This document shows positions 8,923 to 18,162 of a DNA stretch of 64,000 bases, piece by piece. The notes below the pieces were generated by a model. It searched no databases, was not told the DNA's origin, and was given only the letters and a program-made list of their open reading frames with translations. This DNA is from a virus. The translations under genes were made by a program, and so were the position numbers. The DNA lies in the IMG/VR virus record IMGVR_UViG_3300028045_001344, positions 32,001-96,000 of that record. The stretch is one strand, 5' to 3'. Every line of letters starts with the position of its first letter. Positions within the stretch are counted from its first letter, which is position 1.

Positions 8923-10178
8923 CTAAACCTCTTTAAGTTTCCAAAGTGTGTTCCAAGGCTGGTGTTCACTTTAAACTTTCCTAAATCCGTATCACCGAAT
9001 TTTTTAATTATATCATCGATAAGATCTTTGTCTTCCCGATGAAAGTCAATTACCATGCTATCGTGAATGAGCCCCATTGTAAAGGACTTTTTATTTTCTA
9101 ATAATTTATTTACTGCGATTGCTCTCCTTAAGAATGTATCGGAAGTGGTGCTTTGTATAACTGCATTGAGAGCATGGAACTCGTCGGCTATAATTTTTCG
9201 ACCAAACGGATTGGTGACGACGCTTCCGTCCCAATATTTATTTAATACTTTTCTTTTGTCATAGTGTTTTTCTACTTGGGGAATACCAAGTGATGCACCC
9301 AAAGGGCCATAAAGCCATCCAAAGATTTTGCGCTTGATGTCATCACGATTCAACTTGTGATCTGATAGCCTATTAAAAATTGATCCATGCCAATCATGTA
9401 TGTCCTGTTGTGGTTGCTCTTGATCGTTCAGCGCAAGAAGACAGCGCAACTCCGCTGCATTGAAATCCAATTCGATAAACCAAGTATTCGTTGGTTTAAC
9501 CACTCTCCGGTAATCCTTGCTCATTGTAAGCAGTGGAAAAGAATTTTTATGGGTGGTCAAGCGACCAGTAATCGTCCCAAACATATTGTAGTCAATAAAT
9601 GGTCTTACCGCATTTAGCTTGGAATAAAAACTTCGAGTTTTAGTTTCGTGAAGTTTATCAACAATTTCCTTCGGCTCAATTAATAATTTATGATCTCGGA
9701 TATCAGTTAATAATCCCGACAACTCAACTAAAAAACTATAGTCTTCTGGTTCTGGGATAGTAGATAATACATGTTTTGTTATTTGACTCTTGAGGTTAAA
9801 ATATTCAATTACAAAACTGTGTGGAACTAAATCATAAAAACACTCCTCGTCCAGTTCGCAGAATCCAGTCTGGAAAGATTTAATATAAGCCGAGTATTTT
9901 TTCTTAATGGTGGACCATTCTTTTTTTAATTCATCGGGGCAACACTCGTCAAGGGTTCTCGTCTTGGCATACAAGGACGCATACTTGATACCATAGCCCT
10001 TTAAGGTTGAATGATATGCCCACGTCTTGGAGAGACGCCCATAATCTGGATCTTCTACAATGTGATTGTCGCAATAAATGCTCTTACAGTGTTGTTTTTG
10101 ATCTACGATTTCGAACAAAGAGGTATCTGGTTTATGGTTGGAAAGATCCATCAGGTAGAACAATATCATAGACATCAC
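8919..10178 (-). CDS. compact family A DNA polymerase (polymerase domain; start may be TTG at 10118)
   Basis: TITGRL, motif A ELDFNAAELR, motif B KRKIFGWLYG, NAVIQST, motif C LIHDSMV. Confidence 0.85.
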   Translation of the reverse strand: MMSMILFYLMDLSNHKPDTSLFEIVDQKQHCKSIYCDNHIVEDPDYGRLSKTWAYHSTLKGYGIKYASLYAKTRTLDECCPDELKKEWSTIKKKYSAYIKSFQTGFCELDEECFYDLVPHSFVIEYFNLKSQITKHVLSTIPEPEDYSFLVELSGLLTDIRDHKLLIEPKEIVDKLHETKTRSFYSKLNAVRPFIDYNMFGTITGRLTTHKNSFPLLTMSKDYRRVVKPTNTWFIELDFNAAELRCLLALNDQEQPQQDIHDWHGSIFNRLSDHKLNRDDIKRKIFGWLYGPLGASLGIPQVEKHYDKRKVLNKYWDGSVVTNPFGRKIIADEFHALNAVIQSTTSDTFLRRAIAVNKLLENKKSFTMGLIHDSMVIDFHREDKDLIDDIIKKFGDTDLGKFKVNTSLGTHFGNLKRFR

Positions 10179-13100
10179 GCAAGGTCAAGGCTTTTTGTTC
10201 AGTTATATTTTTGAATTTATTTATTATTTTATCATCCTTGTTTTGAACCGTCAATCCTGATTTGTCCTCGAAGACCCCGTTAGTCTCATGCGCGATGCGC
10301 TGTAATGATTTCGTAAATTTATTGGAATCACTTGATGCCAATGAATTGGAATAGAGATTTTCTATCTGTTTTATCATCGCATCCTCCTCACTAAAGGATA
10401 AGATTCGATCTGATTCAGAAATGCGTATAGCAAAATAAAACTTAAGCCAAAACAAATCATCATATGTTCGCATAAATTCTACATCACTCAATAGTTCGCG
10501 AGTTTCTATCTTCTGAAATGTTCCGTCTCCACATTTATTAAACTGGCTAGTGACAATGAAGGGGTGCTTCGCCACATAAGAGTTATAAAAGTTCAAGGTA
10601 TAGATTTGTAGCAAGTCGATGTCGGTTTCAAAAGATCGGATATATTCACCAGGAGATCGAAGAACGGGAGGGTTGTGCAAATATAAATTATCAAAACTTA
10701 AACGTGGTAACGTCAACCAATCAGCGTAATCCACCACCCACTTATCATAGGCTGATTTTCGCAACTCCCATTCACGTAGCAGCCGTGGGTGGTCATTGAT
10801 GGCTTGAGTATATTGTTCGCGCTTAGTAGAATATTCCTCGACATCCCCAAAAGCCAAAACCCAATCTTTTTCGCGAGGGGGCTCGTCGGGATACGCAGTG
10901 TGACTTCCATAATCAAAAGGAAGTGTTTCGAATGTGTCAAGCGAAGGCTGGCTCTCGGCTTCGTTGTATGGCGTAGTCGTAGATGGAACTTCAATTGGGG
11001 CGCACCCTCCGTCAGATGCAACACTCAACACAAACAAGAGCATATCTGCATATCTGTTAGTATCAGTGGGGTCAAGTGAAATTAAATATCTCACGATCTC
11101 ATCCATTTCTCGGGGAGTGATGGACGGAGATGAAGTGTTCGCGCCATTACTGGCACTTTCCCAGGGAATGATAGCCTCTCTAAATCGAGGGTCATCTACA
11201 AATAAATATCTGGTTGGCTGTTGAGGAAACGTTTCCCCGGCACGTCGATATACTTCACGACGCCATCTTTCATAAGGAGTAAATTGACCATCAATCATGT
11301 TTCCATCATTCCACTGACGGCCGTTCAATATGCGAGCATATGCGCCGCTAAAATCAACCTTCTTAATAACAAAATCGCTCCGATAATTACTTGCCACCGT
11401 GGACAAATTGGTTGAGTCATCTACCCCCGCAGTACCCGCATCGCTAGCTCCGGTTCCTGAACTATTTCGCTGCCACTGAAACCAGTGAAATGGGACAACG
11501 CCCATGCCACTAAATGGTTCGCGAGAATAAGCCACGAAGTATCCAGGGGCGTTGCTGATCCACGATGTTCCAACTGATAGGGGCGGGATCTCGTTTCCTG
11601 TAAGTTGTTTTATGGGAACACCACCCAGAAGTTGAGAACTCAAAATTAGAATAATCTCAAACAGATCAGCCAATGCGCCGCCAAAGAGATCTCCCATTTG
11701 ATCGTCAGGCAAGCCTTTTTCGTAAGAGTTTAAAGAATTTAAGTTCCCACTTCCGTCCGAAAGTTCTCTCGGGACACGGTATGTCTGATATTCATTCCCA
11801 TTACGAAAAGGATAATTTTTAACTGGATAACCACTGTTATCTGGTGTTGCTATTTGATATCGTTCAATCTTTGTTTCACAACTACCAAACACAGGAGGAG
11901 GGTGAAAAATATATCTGTTATTTCCCGCCTCGGTGCCATAAGCTGCGGCTCCTAAAGTTGCGGTGCGGGCTTGCCACTGATTATAAACAAATTGATGAAG
12001 ACATGGTTGCTGCCCGGATGGGAGAGCTTGCCATCCAAAGCCCCCGCGAGGAGATCGTCCAAAAATGTCTGGACCTATTTCGGCTCGGATTACTAATTCC
12101 TGCCAAGATGGGGCTCGCTCTAGAATCCCAGGCTGATTAACTAGGTTAGGGGCTCTATCAAACTTTGAGCCATCTTCATTAGAGGTGATATATTTTATCC
12201 AGCTCGTAAGAAATTTATGCTTGCCAACAATGTCCCACCCCAACCGGGTGCGTAAAAATTCCAACTCGCCAGTCTGGGGTAATTGATCGCCTCCTCTCAA
12301 AACGGGGGTACATAGTCGATTAGCATTACGCCCGAATGGTTGTCCAATCGTGGGATCTAATTCTGGTGACTGATAGCCGCCACCTCCCGGATGAAGACCA
12401 TCCTTTTGTTTCTTGAAAGGAAATGGAAAAAGTTGGTTAGGGCCGAAGCCAGTGCTTATAGTCTCATCAGCCAAGTCTCTCGGCACCTGTGTTCTTGCGA
12501 GCGTAGGCAGATTTGTACCGGAAACTATGAGGTGAACATTCCGGGTTGCTCCAAGCCAGTTAGTATATTCTTGCGTTGAATTCTCATTCCATTCGCGCCA
12601 AACTTCAGCGATTTCCGCTTTGAGTTTGCTGTATATCCATGCAGGACCAAAAGCTTCAGCCGCGTCGGGTGTCATCGCGAACTTATTCGCAGTGGCAGCC
12701 CATGGCAAAGTACAAACATTTACAATAAGTGTAGACACTTCATCGCGCATGTTCCCCCTTTTGTCCTGTAGTTGGAGTTGAATCGTGTGTCTCCCCGAGC
12801 GCACAGGAATAAAATAAACATCAGTTCCCGTAAGGTTTGTGGGCGAAATTGTATCCGGTGAATTGGGAGTAAGGTAAAAGGGTGTTTCAACACCGTGTTC
12901 TTCGTCTTCTAATACTGTCCAAGTATAAGATTTGATTTCACTAGAAAACGTGTTTATGGTACTACCAGCCGCACTTATGCGAATTGGTTGTGGCTTCCAT
13001 GCGCCCAATCCAGTTCGTCGTGAAAATGTACTACCGAATCCACCCACATCATAATACTTATAAACAGTCTCCCGTAATACTTGCCCGTTTCGTGTTTGGG

Positions 13101-14382
13101 GAAGCGGAGCAGTAAGCCATCGGAAATCGTCTAACGTGGTGGGACCATAGGCACCTTGGGAACTTGGAGCACCAACATTGAATTGACCAGTACCCGTGGC
13201 AGAGGGGGCAGCAATATTTATAATTTGAGCTTGAGTTTTATCAGCGTTCAGAGACGCTTCTGGACCCTCAACGAATGAAGATTGAGGTAATATCAGGTCG
13301 GTCGATTGTATCAACGCAATTTCAATCTCATCTACAACTTCTTGAATCTTGAACCTAGAGCGAAGTGGATCGTTACAATCTAATAACTCCGCGATATATC
13401 CAATCGCACCTTCTTCTTGACCGGGTTTTTTGAATTCCACCTTTTGATTTTTCAAATCACCAAACCACTCGGGAGCACAGGGAAGTGGTAGTTGTGGTTG
13501 TGATCCACTCATGGGCGGTTCGACTGGTGCTTCGGGGTAACGACTCATATATTTTTGCATCACCTCTGATTTCAAGTCTGCGACCAACCGCCAAGGTGCA
13601 TTTTTATCTACCCAAAAACCAAATAGACGAGCAGCACGGGTAAAGAAAACAAAGTTTACATCACCAATATAGTCGTCATATTTTACTTGATCGTCGCCAT
13701 GACTTGCTAACTCCAATTCAATAACAATTCCGGTAGTCGTAATGGGGCAATATTTAGAAGTGATATATCCAGTTCGGGTGAATGGGAAATCGGGCTGCAC
13801 AGTTTTAAGATAAGTCTGAAACAGTTTCATGAAATCTTTAAAATCAGTAAGCTCTCTTTTATTTTTTCCTTGGTCTAGAAAGGTTGCGGCGAAGCCTTCA
13901 TACATAACTGTTATGTGTTCATAGTAGCGATTTTGAACTGAGGTCCATCCTCTTTTGGGTTCCATGGCTAGGAACTTTGTATCTTCAGTAAATATTTTTC
14001 CTTCGTTTGCCGCGATACGCATGTAATTTTGTAAATCCGTAAAGGCATCCACAACAAAATTTAATGCAAAGGTGTCGCCGGTTTCGCTCGGGAGTCTCTT
14101 TAGATATTTTTCGTCTACAAAGACTGGATTATAGTCTGTATCTATTTTTCCATAAAGCCCACGGTTATACCAAATATCAATGGGCGTGGGCACTTCATCG
14201 TCGTTATAGGGATACGCGAGATCTTTATATTCTTTGCGCTCAATAAAGAGTTCTTCAGAAGGCATTGAGTTTGTGGCTACAGGTTTAATTTCTTCGCCGG
14301 GTGCTGGTTTTTGGTTAGCTAAAACCTCGGAAGTCAAATAAGCATCCACTAGAGGTATTTCGTTGTTCTTCTTTTTAGCCAT
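10132..14382 (-). CDS. large putative virion/baseplate-associated protein with a PKD/Ig-like segment
   Basis: 1416 aa, directly downstream of the baseplate hub gene; SYTWTV...FIPVRSGRHTIQLQLQDKRG resembles a PKD domain. Confidence 0.5.
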   Translation of the reverse strand: MAKKKNNEIPLVDAYLTSEVLANQKPAPGEEIKPVATNSMPSEELFIERKEYKDLAYPYNDDEVPTPIDIWYNRGLYGKIDTDYNPVFVDEKYLKRLPSETGDTFALNFVVDAFTDLQNYMRIAANEGKIFTEDTKFLAMEPKRGWTSVQNRYYEHITVMYEGFAATFLDQGKNKRELTDFKDFMKLFQTYLKTVQPDFPFTRTGYITSKYCPITTTGIVIELELASHGDDQVKYDDYIGDVNFVFFTRAARLFGFWVDKNAPWRLVADLKSEVMQKYMSRYPEAPVEPPMSGSQPQLPLPCAPEWFGDLKNQKVEFKKPGQEEGAIGYIAELLDCNDPLRSRFKIQEVVDEIEIALIQSTDLILPQSSFVEGPEASLNADKTQAQIINIAAPSATGTGQFNVGAPSSQGAYGPTTLDDFRWLTAPLPQTRNGQVLRETVYKYYDVGGFGSTFSRRTGLGAWKPQPIRISAAGSTINTFSSEIKSYTWTVLEDEEHGVETPFYLTPNSPDTISPTNLTGTDVYFIPVRSGRHTIQLQLQDKRGNMRDEVSTLIVNVCTLPWAATANKFAMTPDAAEAFGPAWIYSKLKAEIAEVWREWNENSTQEYTNWLGATRNVHLIVSGTNLPTLARTQVPRDLADETISTGFGPNQLFPFPFKKQKDGLHPGGGGYQSPELDPTIGQPFGRNANRLCTPVLRGGDQLPQTGELEFLRTRLGWDIVGKHKFLTSWIKYITSNEDGSKFDRAPNLVNQPGILERAPSWQELVIRAEIGPDIFGRSPRGGFGWQALPSGQQPCLHQFVYNQWQARTATLGAAAYGTEAGNNRYIFHPPPVFGSCETKIERYQIATPDNSGYPVKNYPFRNGNEYQTYRVPRELSDGSGNLNSLNSYEKGLPDDQMGDLFGGALADLFEIILILSSQLLGGVPIKQLTGNEIPPLSVGTSWISNAPGYFVAYSREPFSGMGVVPFHWFQWQRNSSGTGASDAGTAGVDDSTNLSTVASNYRSDFVIKKVDFSGAYARILNGRQWNDGNMIDGQFTPYERWRREVYRRAGETFPQQPTRYLFVDDPRFREAIIPWESASNGANTSSPSITPREMDEIVRYLISLDPTDTNRYADMLLFVLSVASDGGCAPIEVPSTTTPYNEAESQPSLDTFETLPFDYGSHTAYPDEPPREKDWVLAFGDVEEYSTKREQYTQAINDHPRLLREWELRKSAYDKWVVDYADWLTLPRLSFDNLYLHNPPVLRSPGEYIRSFETDIDLLQIYTLNFYNSYVAKHPFIVTSQFNKCGDGTFQKIETRELLSDVEFMRTYDDLFWLKFYFAIRISESDRILSFSEEDAMIKQIENLYSNSLASSDSNKFTKSLQRIAHETNGVFEDKSGLTVQNKDDKIINKFKNITEQKALTLRDVYDIVLPDGSFQP
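10160..10188 (-). promoter_or_regulatory. putative sigma70-type promoter for the replication block (TTGACC-N17-TATTGT)
   Basis: Near-consensus boxes with 17 nt spacer exactly at the structural-to-replication gene boundary. Confidence 0.45.
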
Positions 14383-14409
14383 CGTTATAGTGTTTCCGTT
14401 TTATGATTA

Positions 14410-16881
14410 CTAGAATCGCCCAGGGCGTCGTCCAGGGAACTCAGTTGCGGGGGCTTGCTCAGCACGATCCAGAACCGCAGTCGAGTGTTCAGGAGCCGTA
14501 ACTCCATTCCAAATAATTGGAGGTGATGTTGAATTGCCAGGGATTTTTTGTGATCTTTTGATTTGTTCCAACGAGGGAATAGGAACGGTGGATTCCGCAG
14601 TTAAAGTTGTTTCAAATCTCCCATCCTCGATCACGCTCTCAACCTTCGTGACCAAATAATAGCCACCAATACCAATTCTAAAAGAATACGAACCTTCTTT
14701 GGCTGCGTTGCCAAGACCCATAGATGCGGGATCAACAAAGATTAACATACCTGGCTTAAATACTGGATTACCAATCATAGTAATAGAGCATTTATAAACA
14801 TCACTAAACAAGAAATTTCCTTCGGCAGCTTTTTGTGCATTAGCTACTCGGGATTCCCGCGCAAATGGAAGATCCGTTCGTGTAAACGAAAGCTTTTTCA
14901 TAATTCCTTTATCACTGCCACTATAGAGGTGGAAAATACCTTGTGTTTTATCTTTCGCCGCATCACCTTGCAGAGAGCTTCCAACAGCCCCACCAATATA
15001 TAAAAACATATATTGTTGGAGATCTTTTGCACCCTTTGCCTGTGCGGAATTACGAATGGCAACGCTGGTGTCTTTGATTAATTTTCTTCCTACTAGATTT
15101 TGTCCCGCTTTTTTACCCAAGGAAAAATTACCCATACTCAGTCGCGTGTGGGTGGCTTTTCCGATGGAACCGTAGCTTGAGGGGTTTAGAGATGCCACAA
15201 CCAGCTCAGAACATATTCGTCGTATAAATGTTTGAAATGGCATTTTGCTAAGTTCTTTTGAAATTATATTTTTTTGAAACCAAATATTAAAAGTATTAAG
15301 AGAGATCGGAATATCGCTCAATGGAACTGCTTCCAAGGCTCCGGTTGAATCTGTGGGATTGATCATGTCTATGGTGCCCAACATAAAACGAAACTGATTA
15401 TGGTTATCAAATGGAGCGCCGCCTCCGCTTTCTTCTTGTTGTATAATATTGATTGCCGAGTTAATGAGATCTCCCAAAAAGAAAAAGTTAATGCGAGTGG
15501 TGGGCTTTATATTGTTACCTTTTTTGGCGGCTTTTTCTTTGGCGTCGTTGAGGATTCCTTCTATTTTGCCCTCGTCCCCGCCAGCCGATATAATACGACG
15601 ATTCAAACGAGATAAAGTATTATGTGATTCGTTTTCATTTGCGGAAGATAAATCAAAGCCGCCCTCGCTGATAATTTTGCCAATTCGATCTTGGCGATGT
15701 GCTTGAAGCTTGCTGTTTCTTTTTTTTGAATCATCTTTTAGATTCTCAAATTGCTCCTCATTTATCTTCATATAATCCTCCCGCTGCTTCTTGGTGATAT
15801 TGAAGTGTAAAATGCGGCGGTCTTGAGGATCTTCAAGCGAGCGCAAAAGACGACTATAACTTTCTAAACGTGTATCCCTTTGGGTTGCGGCAAGTTTATC
15901 GTTTAGTCTTTTCTCTTTCTGCTCCCTTCTCGTCACAGCACTGTCGAGGTTTGCACCGCCAAAGAAACCTGTTTTTTCTTCGCCACTAGCCTCATCGGAA
16001 TCCACAGCCGATTGCGTTTCGTCTTGAGTAATTCTAATTTCTCTTTTGAGCCTGTCAATCGACCGAAGATAATCGAGGTTTTCGACATATAAAAGATCTG
16101 CGCGAGGAGACATCATCCTTCCCTCAATTGCTGCTATATATTTAATCGTTAAATTGACGGAGCCATCTTCGCCAATATCAATGTCGTGCGTTTGCAGTGT
16201 CAAAAGAAAAGTTACTTGGGAATTCCTCAAGACCGATGGATCTCTAAACACTACCCGCTTCGGGTCGTCGGGAACTGACCACCCCACCACCACTTTTATT
16301 TGAAACATTGAGTCATTGTATTCTCTACGACCATTGACGATGTGTACTCTTCCTCTTGGGGGAGCCAATAGATCAGCAAAAGAAAGCGGGTCTTTATCGA
16401 GCCCTTTGCCTCTTGTTTTGAAAACCCCCTCAAAGCTTTGGAAATGCAGCTTTAGAGTTGCTTCAAAGGAAAAGCCAGTGTCAGCCGGTGTCGTTCCCAT
16501 ATCATCCCACGTAAAACTCTTGAGCCCTACATCGCTACCGCGTTTTCGGGCGCTCTGTGTAATTGATTCTATAGTGGTGCGGTCATCAAATATAAATTCC
16601 CTCTCAAACATCTGTGGGACTTTGGTTTTCTCATCTCCTGTGGATTGAAAAACTTTATAAAGCCTAATCTTTGGGACCATTAGCGGCAACTGTTCAGTGC
16701 GAAGATCTAAAATCTCTTGACCACCACTTGCCAATAACTTATTCATTAAGCCTGTGGGATCTCCTTCAAGCTGAACAAAGTTGGGATAAACTTTGGTCGC
16801 ATTTGCTGCAACAGTCTTGTGAAAGAAATCTAATAAAAAAGCTTGTTCATCAAACTTGGCATCTTCTTTAGGATCGGGCAT
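14410..16881 (-). CDS. baseplate hub protein (gp27/gpD-like)
   Basis: C-terminal ITMIGNPVFKPG...GGYYLVTKVESVIEDGRFETTL hub signature; position after tape measure, tube initiator and LysM genes. Confidence 0.65.
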   Translation of the reverse strand: MPDPKEDAKFDEQAFLLDFFHKTVAANATKVYPNFVQLEGDPTGLMNKLLASGGQEILDLRTEQLPLMVPKIRLYKVFQSTGDEKTKVPQMFEREFIFDDRTTIESITQSARKRGSDVGLKSFTWDDMGTTPADTGFSFEATLKLHFQSFEGVFKTRGKGLDKDPLSFADLLAPPRGRVHIVNGRREYNDSMFQIKVVVGWSVPDDPKRVVFRDPSVLRNSQVTFLLTLQTHDIDIGEDGSVNLTIKYIAAIEGRMMSPRADLLYVENLDYLRSIDRLKREIRITQDETQSAVDSDEASGEEKTGFFGGANLDSAVTRREQKEKRLNDKLAATQRDTRLESYSRLLRSLEDPQDRRILHFNITKKQREDYMKINEEQFENLKDDSKKRNSKLQAHRQDRIGKIISEGGFDLSSANENESHNTLSRLNRRIISAGGDEGKIEGILNDAKEKAAKKGNNIKPTTRINFFFLGDLINSAINIIQQEESGGGAPFDNHNQFRFMLGTIDMINPTDSTGALEAVPLSDIPISLNTFNIWFQKNIISKELSKMPFQTFIRRICSELVVASLNPSSYGSIGKATHTRLSMGNFSLGKKAGQNLVGRKLIKDTSVAIRNSAQAKGAKDLQQYMFLYIGGAVGSSLQGDAAKDKTQGIFHLYSGSDKGIMKKLSFTRTDLPFARESRVANAQKAAEGNFLFSDVYKCSITMIGNPVFKPGMLIFVDPASMGLGNAAKEGSYSFRIGIGGYYLVTKVESVIEDGRFETTLTAESTVPIPSLEQIKRSQKIPGNSTSPPIIWNGVTAPEHSTAVLDRAEQAPATEFPGRRPGRF

Positions 16882-16887
16882 ATCTTT

Positions 16888-17226
16888 TTACACATCCAAT
16901 ATTTGTAACACCTTTTCAAGTGGCAACGGAATAGTAATCACATTCCCAATCTGAGCGTGTGACTCAGTGGGGCGTCTATTATACCATGCAATCACCCACC
17001 ATAAAGAAGGATCTTTATAATATTGATCTGCCAATTTATAAAAACGATCTCCCAGTGACCAAATATGAGAAAAGTTTGTGAGTTGATTTATCTCAGAGGT
17101 AGATGGATACTTTAATTCTCCCGTCATATATTGACTGATGAACTTTACGTTTCTGTTTTTGAATATCTGTCTATACTCGCTACTGCCATTTACTCGAATA
17201 TCTCTGCCGTCGTATCTTGAAGTCAT
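16888..17226 (-). CDS. LysM-like baseplate wedge protein (gp53 / tail X-like)
   Basis: GDRFYKLADQYYKDPSLWWVIAWYN...ITIP motif. Confidence 0.8.
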   Translation of the reverse strand: MTSRYDGRDIRVNGSSEYRQIFKNRNVKFISQYMTGELKYPSTSEINQLTNFSHIWSLGDRFYKLADQYYKDPSLWWVIAWYNRRPTESHAQIGNVITIPLPLEKVLQILDV

Positions 17227-17238
17227 TATATTTTGTTC

Positions 17239-18159
17239 CTATTTTTTTAGAGGGATCTGCACCCCACCTAAAGAATTACGTGCTGCGATCTTTTTATTCA
17301 ACTCCTGTTTTCTTTTGGCGGCTTCGGCTGGATTGTTTAATCCAGGGTAAGCGTTATTGATATTAGCTTGTTGGTCCGGTGTGATCTGTCCCGCAGCGGA
17401 TTGTTGTGGAACTGTGAGGATCTCTGATGCTGCCATCGCAATATCCTCACCGGCATAATCCAAATTCATTTGACGATCAGTAATTGGCATTTCAAAAAAA
17501 CTACTAAAGGGCTCTGAGTCACTTTGGTCGGGGTATTCCTGATATGGAAAGTTAGCGAAGCCTGTTCGGGGGCGCTTCTTTATCCAACCTAATTGGTTTT
17601 GATGTAATACCGTGAAAGTGCAGCTAATGTTTACCACTTTGGCAAAAAGCTTGCCACCCCCAAGAAAAAATCCCACATCAACATTTGGACTATAGGTAAG
17701 TCCATCCACTGTTCCCAGTAAGCCAGCTAATTCTGCCCCTGAAGTTCCATCGACCATAGAATTTGATGCTAGGTTCATAAAATTTAATTTAAAATAAGGA
17801 GCAGCCTGAATTGCGGTTGCGCTTTCGCCTCCATCGTAAGATGGATAGAGCATCTGGATCAAGCCAGTAATACGCTCAAGATTATCGATAGCTTCATCGT
17901 AAGATCCGGCAACTACATCAAATCCAATACTAATTTTTCTTCCGGTTCGTTGGAAAGATTGTATAGGGTCCATTCTGCCATAAGCATTTTCTGAATTCCA
18001 TTCCGAAGAATAGACATCATCAAATTGTGTAAGGAAAGCTTTAAACTTTACAGAATTTCCCGTAGGAACGTGAAAAAAGTCTATTATTTGGTTGCCTTGA
18101 TTTGCGAGATTATCCGTTTGATCAGCTTCTCCTTCAAATGGTTTATTGGGTGCTGCCAT
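17239..18159 (-). CDS. tail tube initiator / baseplate junction protein (gp48/gp54, gpU-like)
   Basis: W...YGRMDPIQSFQRTGRKISIGF pattern; lies between tape measure and LysM genes. Confidence 0.6.
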   Translation of the reverse strand: MAAPNKPFEGEADQTDNLANQGNQIIDFFHVPTGNSVKFKAFLTQFDDVYSSEWNSENAYGRMDPIQSFQRTGRKISIGFDVVAGSYDEAIDNLERITGLIQMLYPSYDGGESATAIQAAPYFKLNFMNLASNSMVDGTSGAELAGLLGTVDGLTYSPNVDVGFFLGGGKLFAKVVNISCTFTVLHQNQLGWIKKRPRTGFANFPYQEYPDQSDSEPFSSFFEMPITDRQMNLDYAGEDIAMAASEILTVPQQSAAGQITPDQQANINNAYPGLNNPAEAAKRKQELNKKIAARNSLGGVQIPLKK

Positions 18160-18162
18160 CTC

